From Eledone cirrhosa (Eukaryota): a stretch of 64,000 nucleotides of DNA. The notes below the pieces were generated by a model. That model saw only the letters and a list, made by a program, of their open reading frames with translations. It made no database searches and was not told where the DNA came from. This document shows, piece after piece, positions 40,936-54,409 of the stretch. Position numbers and translations under genes: made by a program. Position 1 is the stretch's first letter; every line of letters begins with the position of its first letter. The DNA lies in assembly GCA_964016885.1 (NCBI GenBank), contig OZ024742.1, forward strand, positions 92,814,001-92,878,000. The letters run 5' to 3'.

Positions 40936-43900
40936 TTACAGACACATACTCAGAGAAGGCCCATTCACTCGGGCCATACTTGCTTCTCTCACCCATCTTT
41001 CAACAAAATGCTGGGAAGAGAGCACTTCCCTCTCTACCCTGATTTTCCTTTTCAAATGAAATTTGAAAAAGTCAATCAGGGTATCACCGAAGAGGTAAGT
41101 GCTCGTCTTCAGCCGTTTCAAACGTGTCCACCATACTATCTCTTTCGCCATGACCACCAGACAGATAAAAACTGCCTGCCCTTCCAGGCTAAAGGAAGGG
41201 GGCGGGGCAATCCTCACGATGGACTCAGCTGATAGCTGGATCCGTCCTACACGTGACAGCAGGTGTTCGACATAAACCCACAAGTCAGCAATGCTCGGAC
41301 ACTGGACGAGTACGTGCAGGACGGTTTCGTCGCCCTGCGCGCATCTCGGACATGCCCGGCTGACGGCACCTCCATGCCTGTAGAGTTTATCCCGAACTGG
41401 CAAAGCTCCTCGGTAGCACTGCCAGGCCAGGAATTTCTGGAAGTTGTCCATAGGCCCCGGCCCGAAAGTCCTTCCGAAGAGATTGGCCAGTTGATTTTCG
41501 TCGACGCCTAGAGTTTCTCCAAGTACGTCGTCGCTCTTCCCCTCCACTAATCCCCTATAGAACGCCAAGGTGGAGTTTCCACCGATCACATTGCCCGATT
41601 GGTCGAGGGCTGTGAGCGCCTGAAGACATTCCAGTCTCCAAGCGCTCCCTCTCGGTCTTCGCCTGACCCAGGACTGCAGCTCCGTCAAGGAGACGCGCTG
41701 GGGGAAAACGTGTCTAGCAAACGGCGACCACACTTGATCACCGTCGAGGAAGAGGTGGAGATGTCGTAGCCTGAGCGCGTGTCTGCGCATCATCAGCCAC
41801 GGCATGCCCAGCCCTCCACGTAGCGGGTGTTGACAGCAGATGGACCGCCTGACCATCGGAGCGCGTCCCTTCCACAAGAAGCGAAAGAGCAAATGCTCCA
41901 GCGCAGTCAGGCGGGGCTTAGGACAAGGTACGACGGTCAGGCGGTAGTAGATGACGGATGCGATGTACGCATTCGCCACCTCCGCTCGACCTTTCAGGGA
42001 TAGCTTCCTCTCGGCCCATTTCTGGGTGAGAGAAGACACCTTGCTCGTCACCTCGTCCCAGTTTTTGTCCGTCTGGAGGTCTGGACCGAACCAGACCCCT
42101 AGCAATTTAACCGGTCCGTCCGTCCAGCGCCCGACGACGCTGTTGGACGGCATGGACCTGCCTCTCCAGGTGCCGAGCTGCAGGCCCACTGACTTTTCCT
42201 GGTTGATCATTGCTCCTGTCACCGCTTCGTATTCTCTTAGTGTAGTGCCGATCGCCTCGATGTGTTTGGCGTTCGACACCACTACGGTGACATCGTCGGC
42301 ATATGCTGACACTGATCTTCCGCATCCTAGTTCGCGCGGGACCCCCCTCAACGTCTCCAGTTTGTGCAGTAATGGCTCGAGAGTCAATACGTACAATAGG
42401 GACGAGAGGGGACATCCTTGGCGGACCGAGCGCATGATGTTGAACGGTTCCGAAAGGTGACCGTTCACTCACACCACAGAGCAGATGTCGCTGTGCATGG
42501 CAGCGATCCAGCCTCTGAAGACGGGCCCAAAGCCAGCCGCCCTCAGGACTGCCGCTAGGTAACGATGGTCGACCCTATCGAAGGCTTTCGACTGATCTAA
42601 ATTGATCAAAGACCCACCCGTGCCAGGTTCCCGAGCTACCCTCTCTACGATGTATCGCATGAGGTGGAGGTTGTCGTGGATGGATCTGTCGGGAATGGCG
42701 CATGTCTGTGCCTCTCCCACCAGACCATCAACGACAAGCGCCAACCTCTTTGCTAGCACCTTGGCCAAAATCTTGAACTCTGTGTTTAGCAGAGTTATGG
42801 GCCTAAAATTATCTATGTTATCCCCTTTGTTCGGATCCTTTCTCAGCAGCGCCACAGCTCCTCGTCTCACAGAGCTGGGAATTCTCCCGTTCTGTTGCCA
42901 GTTGCAGTAGACGTCCGCCAAGAGGCCTCCGAACAAGTTTGGCATTTGTACGTAAAGTTCATAGGGCAGACCATCCAAACCAGGCAATTTACCCCTTGTG
43001 CAACTAGTCATTGCATCCCGTACTTCAGCGGTTGTTATCGGCTTTTTGCAACACTCCGCCTCAGTGGCCGAAAGCCGCGGCAGTCCGTCGAGGTAGACAC
43101 TAAAGTCCATCCCTCGATCCGGCCCGCCACTGCCCCCGAACAGTTGAGCGAAGTGTCGCTGAAAAGCTTCACACATTTGCCCGGGATCGAGTAGCATGCG
43201 CCCGTCGTGGTCCACCAAAGACCCGATCATGGCTTTGTTGCCACGACACGCCTCCGCCACTCGGGCCCATTGAACGGCTTTCGCCCCCTCGTGTCTGAGA
43301 GCACGCACCCTAGCTCTGACAACGCAGCCTTCGTGCTTCGCATTGAAGAATTGGTCAAGGGCCAATTTCGCCGCAAGTACGTCGGTCGCGATGCCTTGGC
43401 TAAGCGCCTCATCTAATTTTCTAACTAATTCTCCCTCTGCTCTATTTTTCTCTATTGCTAAAGTCTTACTAAACCTAATGGACTCTATTCTAATTGCTCT
43501 TTTCAGAGCAAACCACCACTTGTTGTTGACGATGGCCCCCGTCAACGCCCGCTTAACTAGTTCGCTAATCCGGTCTCTGTAGGCCTTGCGCGCTGGTAAG
43601 GACGCGTTTAGCTTCCAGTAGCCGGGTCCTCGTCTATGAAGCCTATCTAAGTCAAGCACACAGATCACGAATTTGTGGTCCGTGTAGCTGACTATCTTGA
43701 ATTGTGGACAGCCTATGCTAGCCCTATCTATTTCCCTACAAAATACTCTATCTAGATATGATCTGGATGACCCTATGCGATTTGTCCAAGTCCACATTGG
43801 TACATTCCGGAAATCCATTCGGTACCTGTCAGACAGTTCAAAACGTCTGAGCAGGTTGGTGAGACTCTTGCACCCTCCTTCCCTATCCACTAATCCCACA

Positions 43901-44356
43901 CAATCCCAGCGTGCATCTAAGATCCCGTTCCAGTCGCCCACTAACACTAAAGAGCGGGACGTTCCAAGAAAGGTCTCCAGACGCCGGAAGAAATCAGGCC
44001 GCCCTGCTCCTGTCGGGGCATAGACGGCCACTAACCTGAAAGCTTGCCCGTCTCCGCTGGTCACGTCCAGTACCACCAACTTACCTTCTGGGTCCAGGAA
44101 GATGGCCCGTATGGCAAGATCCAAACCTCTCCGAAAAAGCACAGCAACTCCTCCCCCCCGATCCCGGACGGCTGGGAGATGCGTACACATCGTAGCCGCC
44201 GAAGATCGGTGCGAAAGCCTGTGCTTCGGAGATTCTGGTCTCGCTGATGGCCACTACATCTATGTTTAGTGACCTGAGGTCGTTGAGCAGGTGGCCCTGC
44301 TTCCATGACGACCCCAAGCCACGCGCATTTATGCTGCCTATTCTGAGTGAGGTCAT
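40936..44356 (-). pseudogene. Tx1 ORF2 (APE endonuclease, RT, C-terminal CCHC) with one frameshift (~44150) and one nonsense codon (42469-42471)
   Basis: SINARGL..AISET, GDWN, YLDRV, TDHK, PGLDG, FRPITLLN, LDQSKAFDRV, RQGCPLS, YADD, CPRC..H..C. The second copy has AGA where this one has TGA. Confidence 0.92.
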
Positions 44357-44390
44357 GTTGAAAAGGAGTGGAAAAGATGGGAAAGACCAC

Positions 44391-46365
44391 TTACCTTACT
44401 TCTCGTAGGGGAAGGACGGTTTTTCCATCCTTTTCACTGCTTGTGGCCTCCTCAGGAAGGATGTCCTTATAAATCCTCCTGGAGAGTGCTTGTCGGAAGT
44501 CTCCGATGTCTTTGGGGAATTTTTGTTTTAGTGTCATGTACGTTTTCTGTGTGATGCGAGTGATTTGTATGTGTGGAGGTGGTGTGAATTTTGGGGTTGT
44601 TGTGTAGTCTTTTTCTGTGATGCTGGTGTTGTGTTGGATGTAGTGTAATAATTGCTTGTTGTTCAAATTTAATGCTGTGTAGTGTGTATCGTTTTGGTTG
44701 TTTTGTTTTGTTTGCGTTTGTTGTGGGTTTGTTTCTGTTTCGCATTTTGGTGACTTTTGTGGTGTAGGTGATGGTGGTGCTGGGGTTAATGATGGTGATG
44801 GTGTTGGTGTTTGGGTTGATGGGGTTGGTGATGCTGGTGTGGATGGTGGCATATCTGTCCTCACTTTTTTGTTTCTTAATTTATTTGTTTCCCTCTGTAT
44901 TTTGTTTTTGGAGGGGGAAGGAAGAGAATTTTTTCTTTTTTGGTTTCTTTTTTTTTTCCTGATACCGTTTCCCACTCCTCGTCGTCACAATCTGTCTCCA
45001 GTTGTGATAGGCCGGGAAGTGGAAAATCCTCCACAGCCGTTAGTTTTGGTTGTGGTGTGGTGGATGGTGTTGGCGCTGGTGCTAGTTATGGTGCGTTGGA
45101 TGGTGGTGGTGTTGGTTTTGCTACTGTTGCTGGGGTTGTTGCTGTTATAGTTGCTTCTGTTGTTGCTGCTACAGTTGTTCCTGCCATCTCTGCTACTGGT
45201 GGTGTTGATGGTTGTGTCACTGGGGTGGGTAGGAAAGGTGGCCTCAACCTTTTAGCCTGAGGGCAGAAAGCCCTTAGGTGGGTTCCTTCACCACAAACGA
45301 CACACCTAGGTCTTCTGCCCTCGACAATTACCGTGAGGTGGCTGCCGTCAGTGAGGTCTATTACCTCTGGGATCTCCTCAATGCTTTTTTGGTCCGCTTG
45401 GATTAGGAGCTCCATCCCAGATCCGGACCAGTTTTCCTGCTTTTCTTTTGCTATTGCTATTATTTTCGTGTTGGCTTCGATGCCGGCGAGGACAGCCGCT
45501 ATTAGCCAGGGAATTTCGATGGCCGGTGGAACGTGGGTCACCCTGATCTTTACGAGTCTCTGGCCACAATAGCTTGGGACGAGTGTGAAGTCGTCACTTT
45601 TTAATGAGGCCATGGAGTGTTCTCTAGCCTCCTCTGGTGTTTCAAAGAACACATCCACGGTTCCATACTTTTGCCCACGTCTGATGTGGGTTTTTCTTGC
45701 CCACACATGTCCCAAAGCTTTTTGGATTTGGGACTCGGATGCCCGTTCCACTCGGCGCGATTTTACATTTATTGTTCTATACGACACGGTGCATAGGCGC
45801 CGATGCTCCATTTTATTAGGTGGGGTGGGTGGGGGGTGAGGCTGACCCTGTACCCATCTTTCTTTACCATTTGTTTGGCATTTTCTAAATCCTCTTGAGT
45901 TACCGTGAATGCTTCGAACTGTTTTGCTATTATGGCGAAACTGAGGGTCGGTTTTATAATGTCATTGTTGTTGTTGTTGCTATCGTTATTTGTGTTAATA
46001 TTAATTTTAGTTTCAGTTGTGGTGGTGGTGACGTCAGTCGTCTTTGGTGCGGAAGAGTCCATTTTGCTTGATTTCATTTCGACATCACGAGTTAATTTAT
46101 TTTTTTCTTCTTTTGTTTCTGTTGTCGCGGTGGTGGTGGGGGTGGTGGTTGTCGCGGTGGTGGTGGTGGTGGAGGCTTTAACACCTGCAGTCATTGGTAA
46201 TGGCGGGAAATGAATGTCTGCCTGAGACAAATTAAAAATATTGCTACTGCTTATATTTTTTTTTGTGTTGGCAAACGTAGTAACATTTACAATGGTGGTG
46301 TCGGTGTGAGGTGTTATTTTGTGAGGAAGGCTTTCAGCTGCTTCGTGCAGAGGGGAATTAGCCAT
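44391..46365 (-). pseudogene. Tx1 ORF1 (gag-like, CCHC knuckle), split by frameshifts
   Basis: Pieces 45769-46365, 45086-45811 (RPRCVVCGEGTHLRAFCP) and 44391-44975. Confidence 0.8.
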
Positions 46366-46590
46366 TTTTTTTCAAATAAATTTTTGGATAATAATAAAAG
46401 TTAAAATTTTGGGCACAAGGCCCCAATCTTTTTGGGTGTCCTTTTCGGAAAACAACGTATGTGTGCTTATAAACAGTTAACAATAAAATTTTCCATAAAT
46501 GGCAATTTTTAACAAACGGAAATAACAAACCTTTGCGGAGCTCACGATGATACGATTTACTACGTAGGTCGCCAATAATAATAATAATAA

Positions 46591-46700
46591 TGATTTCTTT
46601 ATTGGCCACAAGGGCTGACATCAAGAAAAACATTACAGACGGCACAGGACGGTACAGGACGGTACAATGTGGGTTTTGTGCGTGTAAAGATTTTTATTAT
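46591..46700 (-). mobile_element. Short 3' end of a related Tx1 subfamily
   Basis: TTTCTTTATTGGCCACAAGGG...ACAGGACGGTACA..GCGTGTAAA parallels 40693-40785. Confidence 0.7.
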
Positions 46701-46757
46701 TTATATAAGAAAATAAAAAATAAAGAGAGAAACATATATATATATAAACAATAAAAA

Positions 46758-49327
46758 TGCTTTCTTTATTAACCACAAGGGTTTACATAAAGTAGACATT
46801 AAGGACAGTACAGGACAATACAGGACTGTACAAATGGGCATTTCTGCGTGTAAAAAAAACAGAGGATGTAATAAAAAATGACAATGAAAAATTCCCCAAT
46901 AGGGGGAGACTTCCGAGGGACATTTGTGGAGAAAGCCCATTAAAAGGCCACAGTGACCCTGACCACCAGGGCAAGTGCCCTCTCCCAGTTTTCCACCTTT
47001 AATTTACAGACACATACTCAGAGTAGGCCCATTCACTCGGGCCATACTTGCTTCTCTCACCCATCTTTCAACAAAATGCTGGGAAGAGAGCACTTCCCTC
47101 TCTACCCTGATTTTCCTTTTCAAATGAAATTTGAAAAAGTTAATCAGGGCATCACCGAAGAGGTAAGTGCTCATCTTCAGCCCTTTCAAACGTGTCCACC
47201 ATACTATCTCTTTCGCCATGGCCACCAGACAGATAAAAACTGCCTGCCCTTCCCGGCTAAAGGAAGAGGGCGGGGCAATCCTCATGATGGACTCAGCTGA
47301 TAGCTGGATCTGTCCTACATTTGACAGTAGGTGTTCGACATAAACCCACAATGGACGAGTGCGTGCAGGCCCTGCGCGCATCTCGGACATGCCCGGCTGA
47401 TGGCACCTCCATGCCTGTAGAGTTTATCCCGAACTGGCAAAGCTCCTCGGTAGCACTGCCAGGCCAGAGATTTCTGGAAGTTGTCCATAGGCCCTGGCCC
47501 GAAAGTCCTTCCGAAGAGATTGGCTAGTTGATTTTCGTCGACGCCTAGAGTTTCTCCAAGTACGTCGTCGCTCTTCCTCTCCACTAAACCTCTATAGAAC
47601 GCCAAGGTAGAGTTTCCACCGATCACATTGCCCGATTGGTCGAGGGCTGTGAGCACCTGAAGACATTCCAGTCTCCAAGCGCTCCCTCTTGGTCTTCGCT
47701 TGACCCAGTACTGCAGCTCCGTCAAGGAGACGAGTTGGGGAAAGACGTGTCTAGCAAATGGCGACCACACCTGATCACCGTCGAGGAAGAGGTGGAGATG
47801 TTGTAGCCTGAGCGCGTGTCTGCGCATCATCAGCCCAGCCCTCCACGTAGTGGGTGTTGACAGCAGATGGACCGCCTGACCATCGGAGCGCGTCCCTTCC
47901 ACAAAAAGCAAAAGAGCAAACGCTCCAGTGCAGTCAGGCGGGGCTTAGGACAAGGTACGACGGTCAGGCGGTAGTAGATGATGGACGCGATGTACGCGTT
48001 AGCCACCTCCGCTCGACCTTTCAGGGATAGCTCCCTCTCCGCCCATTTCTGGGTGAGAGAAGCCACCCTGCTCGTCACCTCGTCCCAGTTTTTGTCCGTC
48101 TGGAGGTCCGAACCGAACCAGACCCCTAGCAATTTAACCGGTCCGTCCGTCCGGCGCCCGACGACGCTGTTGGACGGCATGGACCTGCCTCTCCAGGTGC
48201 CGAGCTGCAGGCCCACTGACTTTTCCTGGTTGATCATTGCTCCTGTCACCGCTTCGTATTCTCTTAGTGTAGTGCCGATCGCCTCGATGTGTTTGGCGTT
48301 CGAGACAACTACTGTGACATCGTCCGCATATGCTGACATGGATCTTCCGCATCCTAGTTCGCGCGGGACCCCCCTCAATATCTCCAGTTTGTGCAGTAAT
48401 GGCTCGAGAGTCAATACATACAAGAGGGACGAGAGGGGACATCCTTGGCGGACCGAGCGCATGATGTTGAACAGTTCCGAAATGTGACCGTTCACTCTCA
48501 CCACAGAGCAGATATTGCTGTGCATGGCAACGATCCAGCCTCTGATGACAGGCCCAAAGCCAGCGGCCCTCAGGACTGCCGCTAGGTAACGATGGTCGAC
48601 CCTATCGAAAGCTTTCAACTGATCTAAATTGATCAAGGACCCACCCGTGCCAGGTTCCCTAGCTACCCTCTCTACAATGTATCGCATGAGGTGAAGGTTG
48701 TCGTGGATGGATCTGTCGGGAATGGCGCATGTCTGCGCCTCTCCCACCAGACCACCAACGACAAGCGCCAACCTCTTTGCTAGCACCTTGGCCAAACTCT
48801 TGAACTCTGTGTTTAGCAGAGTTATGGGCCTGAAATTATCAATGTTATCCCCCTTGTTCGGATCCTTTCTCAGCAGCGCCACAGCTCCTCGGCTCACAGA
48901 GCTGGGAATTCTCCCGTTCTGTTGCCAGTTGCAGTAGACGTCCGCCAACAGGCCTCCGAACAAGTCTGGCATCTGTACGTAAAGTTCATAGGGCAGACCA
49001 TCCAAACCAGGCGATTTACCCCTTGTGCAGCCAGTCATTGCCTCCCGTACTTCAGCGGCTGTTATCGGCTTTTTGCAACACTCCGTCTCAGTGGCCGAGA
49101 GCCGCGGCAGTCCGTCGAGGTAAACACTAAAGTCCATCCTTAGATCCGGCCTGCCGCTGCCCCCAAACAGCTGTGCGAAGTGTCGCTGAAAAGCTTCACA
49201 CATTTGCTCGGGATCAAGTAGCATGCGCCCGTCGTGGTCCACCAAAGACCAGATCGTGGCTTTGTTACAACGACGCGCCTCCGCCACTCGAGCCCATTGA
49301 ACGGCTTTCGTCCCCTCGTGTCTGAGA
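46758..49327 (-). mobile_element. Second, 5'-truncated Tx1 copy with small deletions
   Basis: Highly similar to 40691-43300. ORFs 47830-49509, 47315-47911 and 47004-47390. Confidence 0.93.
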
Positions 49328-49650
49328 ATGAGTGTTGTATTAGAAAAGGCAGAGCACTTGAAGTTGATGGGAAGACATGGGATGAAATTGTGAAGAATGA
49401 CCTTAGGCACCTTAATTTCATGAAGGAAATCACACTGGACATGGAGATGCTGGACAGGGTTGATGGGAGATATGCAATAATATAAAAGATCAACACTACC
49501 ACCCCACAATATGCCTTTTATCAGGACATCAGTACAATTACCTTACAGGGTAGCTTGGGTATTTATTGTCATGGCACCAGAAGGATCACCTTACAGAGTG
49601 GACAAAGTGCTTTTTGTTGTGGTACCTCTATGACCACTTTACAAGGTGGC
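49326..49650 (+). mobile_element. Old RTE C-terminal/3' UTR remnant
   Basis: ECCIRKGRALEVDGKTWDEIVKNDLRHL parallels the RTE C-termini at 23.4 and 37.0 kb. Confidence 0.6.
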
Positions 49651-50569
49651 TTTTTGCCATGGAAAGAAAATAGTTCAAGAGGAAAATAAAAAAAAATTAT
49701 GGAATTGGCAAAAATGTACTATTGTGCATTATTTCTACTTCGTTTGGTTGTCACTGAGTCGATATACGATTCAATTACTAAACTTCTTCAGATGTGTTTT
49801 AAATATTCTCAAATTGTTGCAATGTCAACAACCAGCATTTGAATGATTTCTCAAACAGTTATGGCACACATGTTTTTTTGTTACTTCTAGTATCTTTCCT
49901 GTAGATAATTTCCAACAATAGAAAATATATCCATTTGTCTTAACTTTTCATTGTTTTTTTTCTTTGTTTTTATTTTAACACTTCTTCTCCTTCTTGTTCT
50001 CGCCTTTCTCCTTCTTCTCTTCCTTCTCCTCCCTCTCCTCCTCATTCTCCCACTCTTGTTGCCACCACCATCTACATCATCATCATCATCACCACCATCA
50101 TCTTCATCACAATCTTCATGATTTACTTACTTTTTCTTTTTAGATCCTTCATTTCTATTGGGGGAGATTTTCAAGAGAAATATTGCAGTATAGATTTAGA
50201 AGTGGTCTCTTCACTCCTAGCTTGATTAATGTATAGTCAGTTTAAGTGGCCTTGTAACCAAATATAATGTCATATCAGAGAATAAATGATGTGTTAACTA
50301 CTTTTCATTGTTTTTAAGGCTAGAAGCCTTTAACATGGACAGTTAACACTAGGAGAAAAGACCAGAACATTATGGAATAAATCCACATTTACTCTTTCAA
50401 ATGATATTATTGTTTTTATTCTTCTACTGCTTTTGGTCATTTGACATGAAAGCAAAAGTGGTGTTGTCAAAAGGGTTAATGATACAAAGCTGTTTGCTTT
50501 AAAATGTGTATATTTATAAAGAAATGTAAGGACCATTAAGTTATTTTTCAAACATCAACTAATAATTGT

Positions 50570-50790
50570 TTATAATATTAGCCCCCCCCCCCCAAGGACA
50601 GCAATTTTGGAAAGAGGAAAGTTGATTATATTGATCTAAGTACATAACAGGTAGTTTGTTTTATCTACCCTAGAAGGATGAAAAACAAAATTGGTATTGG
50701 TGGAATTTGAACTCAGAAAGTTAAATGTCATAACCAAACACCATAAAGCATTTTGTCCAAAGTTCTATCGATACTGCCAATCCACTGCTC
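50570..50790 (-). mobile_element. SINE family B (diverged)
   Basis: AGAAGGATGAAAA..GAATTTGAACTCAGAA..AAGCATTTTGTCC..GATACTGCCAATCCACTGC. Confidence 0.65.
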
Positions 50791-51304
50791 TGCACAAGCC
50801 TAATGAGAAAGTTAGTTATTGTCCTAAAACTTTTCAAATTGCTGATTTTCAAAATTATTTGAGCATCATAAGCTGTGTTTCATTGCAAACGTGGTTATGA
50901 AATGAGTAAGCTGTGGTCATGCTGGGGCACCATCTTAAAGGAATTTATTTGATATATTTACCTTAGTAATTATTTTTTGAAGTCTGGTACTTATTTTATT
51001 GAACCACTAAGTTACAGAATGTAAACAAACAGTAAATGTACACATAGACACACACACATAGACACACACACACAAGCAGCCAGTTCACCCTATAAGGTGG
51101 TTGTTTTGTTGCCATGATAAAAAGTTAGTTATATTATTAAATCCATCCAAATTGTTCTTTATTTTGAAAACTATAAACAAATTATAGGCAGTGTCTATTG
51201 TTAGAAATATGGTAATGAAAGGGTTAATATAAACTTCAGCCAGACAGAAGTGATAGCCTTTTGACCCTTTTGATAACAAACTGTCTGAAATTACCCTGGT
51301 CATA

Positions 51305-51500
51305 TAATTGTTTCTACTTTTTGGCACAAGGCCAGCAATTACCACAGTACATTACTGATGCTTTATTTTATTGACCCCGTAAGGATGAAAGGAAAAGCTA
51401 ACCTCGGCAGGATTTGAACTCAGAACATAAAGGGCCATAACCCTATGCTGCAAAGCATGGTGTTTGGCACCCTACTGATACTGCCAACCCACCGCCCTCA
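51305..51500 (-). mobile_element. Full-length SINE family B inserted in a piggyBac-like MITE
   Basis: Reverse complement reads GGCGGTGGGTTGGCAGTATC...GAGTTCAAATCCTGCCGAGG...GCTGGCCTTGTGCC. MITE sequence continues on both sides. Confidence 0.8.
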
Positions 51501-51851
51501 TATAATAAAAAGTTGTCTTTTAAAATGTTCAATCATAATTTTGTGTAAGAACTTTTGTTAAGTAATGTACCAAACACCAGCTTAACAATGAGAAATTTAG
51601 TTGTATTTTTAAAACTCTTGAAATTCTTCATTATTTTCACAATTATTTGATAATTATAGAGTGTTTCTATTATAAACTATGGCCAGACTGAAGAAACTAA
51701 AATATACCCAAGTAGTTATCTCAGGTGATACTTGATGCTAGTTTAATTTGCTTGTCACCTCTAGACAAACAATTAGGAATAGAATCTAAGATATATGTCT
51801 TCGATATTGTCACACAAACGTACATACACACATAAACATGCATACACACAC

Positions 51852-51852
<1 letters not shown>

Positions 51853-51882
<30 letters not shown>

Positions 51883-51965
51883 TGTATGTATGTATGTATG
51901 TATGTATGTATGTATGTATGTATGTATGTATATATATATACACATACATATATGTGTGTGTGTGT
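51853..51965. repeat. (TATG)n microsatellite
   Basis: Visible. Confidence 0.95.
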
Positions 51966-52599
51966 ATATGATGGCTGCAACTTGATTTCGAGTAATGCCA
52001 TCGCTTGATAGTTAAGCATGAGTATCATGGACATGGCCTTTTAGTCCTGCTAGGGACTTGCCTATGGCCAGCAATACCATGCATCACAAAAATTGTTACA
52101 TATCAAGCGATGTATATGCTAGAAGCTTTTTTAAGTGAGGAATGGTTATGCATGGGGTCAATCCCACTCTCTGAACATTGAATGCATTTGCCCCAAAAGA
52201 ACTGGTCTACATCATTGGATGCAAATGAAGTCGCAGGTTTTATATCAGAGTGACCTTCTCCTAGAGAGATATCTTAATGAAGACTAGGAGTCTCTTGCTC
52301 CACAAAAACTTTATTCGATGGCTGTTGACTTTCCTGAGTTTCTCCGTCTTTTTTTTTTCTTGGATATGTTACTAACTACTTCAGTACAAATCTTAAGAAC
52401 CTAGGCTTCACAAAACCAGAAAATACATGGTTAGTTAGGAAATTTCAAGTACAGTCCATAATGGAACCGGAACAATATGTAAATCATTTCAGAAATTCAG
52501 TATGTAATAACTGCATATATACATGTATTGACACAGAAACATATGCACGTGTACTAATATAACTCATAAAATAACAAAAACAAGAAGAGCATACATACA

Positions 52600-52801
52600 T
52601 ATGAGGGTCATTTGAAAAGTTTATAGGCTGACTATGAATTAGTGATGTTAGTGCTGTGAAATCTTGCATGCATTCATTTTAACTCTTCTTATTAATAACT
52701 GCTTTGTTTCTTTCCAGGGACTATGTTGAAAGATAAATCTCATTTGGTCATTCCATGAGTGTATCTTTATCAGCCTATGACCTTATCAGCTGACCCTCAT
52801 A
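52600..52801. mobile_element. Mariner-like MITE with ~30-bp TIRs and TA target duplication
   Basis: TA-TGAGGGTCATTTGAAAAGTTTATAGGCTGA ... TCAGCCTATGACCTTATCAGCTGACCCTCA-TA. Confidence 0.8.
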
Positions 52802-52819
52802 CATACATATATCCATACA

Positions 52820-52960
52820 TAAGGTGAATTGGTTGAGTCATTAGAGTATTTGATAGAATGCTTTGCAGCAATCATTCTAGGTTTGAGATCTAATCCTACC
52901 AAAGTCAACTTTGCATTTGATCCTTTTGTTGTTGATAAAGTACCAGCCTTGTATAGGGGT
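52820..52960 (+). mobile_element. Degenerate SINE family B
   Basis: GAGATCTAATCCTACCAAAGTCAACTTTGCATTTGATCC..GATAAAGTACCAG. Confidence 0.55.
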
Positions 52961-53867
52961 GATTCTTTTATATCTTTTTCTTACTCTCTCTGGAAGAAAT
53001 TACTACTCACTTAACAATAGTTAAGTGAGTAGTAATTTAGTAATACAAGGGTCAGCTGTATTTAATGTAGTGAGCCATAAGAAAAGCCAAATAGAAATAA
53101 TAATGCAGTGAGGAAAAGACAGTGTTTATAAACATTCAACAAATTCTTCTTTTAGAAATTCTTGTATCTTTTGCTTTCATTTTTGGCATGCTACTCTCAA
53201 CCACCTGGCTAGTGGCACCACCACCACCACCACTACCACCACCACTTCCACTACTACTACTACTGGCAATAGTTATCAAGGCTGGTGGAACTTTATAATG
53301 AATCTCTTCATTGTTTATGATGTATTTTTGTGAGAATTGTCAGTGATGTAATTGCACTGTGGCTTCTATGTACAGGTGTTAAGTAATTGCACTTGAGCAG
53401 GCTACCAGACTGCACTTTATAATGCAATAACAGAGATATAAGATATAAGATTATTACTGCAGCAGAATAACATTGAAATTGTAGTTATAAAGCCAATAGG
53501 AGACGATATTAATAGAAAATACAACAATAACTACAACAAAAGCCGGAGAAGTAATTACAACAACAACAAGCAATGACGACAAGAACAAAAACAACTACAA
53601 CAAAAATAACAAAATAACAGAAGCAATAACAACAGTACCACCATTAATAACACATCCACTACACCACTGATAACAATAATACCACTACTATCACCACCAC
53701 TACCAACAACAGTAACACTACCACCACCAACACCAATAGTACCCTCCACCACCATCAATAACAACAATCGATCAAGTTAAGCCTAAATGGTCAATTACCA
53801 GTTTCCATTTACTTATCCAAGATATAGTAAGTTTTAAATGTTAAGTCAACTTATTTCATTATATAGA

Positions 53868-54350
53868 CTAGCAGAAAAAACACCCTTCGGGTGGTTTTCT
53901 GCTAGCATGTGTATTGTGTATATTGATATTATACGCAAGTATATATGCATCTAGATATGATACATCAAATAAAATCGTAATTGACAATATACACAGAAAT
54001 TGAACGAAGACTGTGTTACACTGCCTTATGTAATCACTAACGTAATCCATGATACATTAAAAAAAGACGATATCATATATAAACCGCATTAGGATAAAAT
54101 TAGTGACAGAAATATATGAATGTTTATTTAAACGATCGCTAACCGGAAGTGTTGACATTTGAAAATTTTAAAGAAGTGAATCTTTAAATAAGTAATAAAA
54201 TATATTTAATGAACAGCCACGAAATTTAGTAGTTAAGTTATGTAATATTCATTCATTATTTATTCAAAGTTATCCAACTTATTTTACTAAGGGGATAAAA
54301 AATTATAAACCGTATGCAATCCCGCGCTTCTTACTTTATTATAGTTTAGA
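53868..54350 (-). mobile_element. Non-autonomous Helitron
   Basis: Minus strand has an A|TCTAAACTATAATAAAG 5' end and a 3' hairpin CACCCGAAGGGTG followed by CTAG|T. Inserted between A and T with no TSD. Confidence 0.85.
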
Positions 54351-54409
54351 TAGTAGTAACATCATAGATAGAATATTTATTATAAGATGATACAGACATG
54401 ACTCTTCCT

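Larger units (their letters stand above)
40691..46573 (-). mobile_element. Near full-length Tx1/L1-clade non-LTR retrotransposon flanked by (AAT)n
   Basis: ORF1 with a CCHC knuckle, ORF2 with APE-RT-CCHC, AATAAA and an (ATT)n tail. (AAT)n at 40643-40690 and 46574-46591. Confidence 0.93.

Noticed and set aside
49328-49509. N-terminal extension of the 559-aa Tx1 ORF, and similar extensions at 60161-60245 and 57958-57982
   Set aside because: Read-through into unrelated flanking RTE, SINE or (TA)n sequence past the 5' truncation points.
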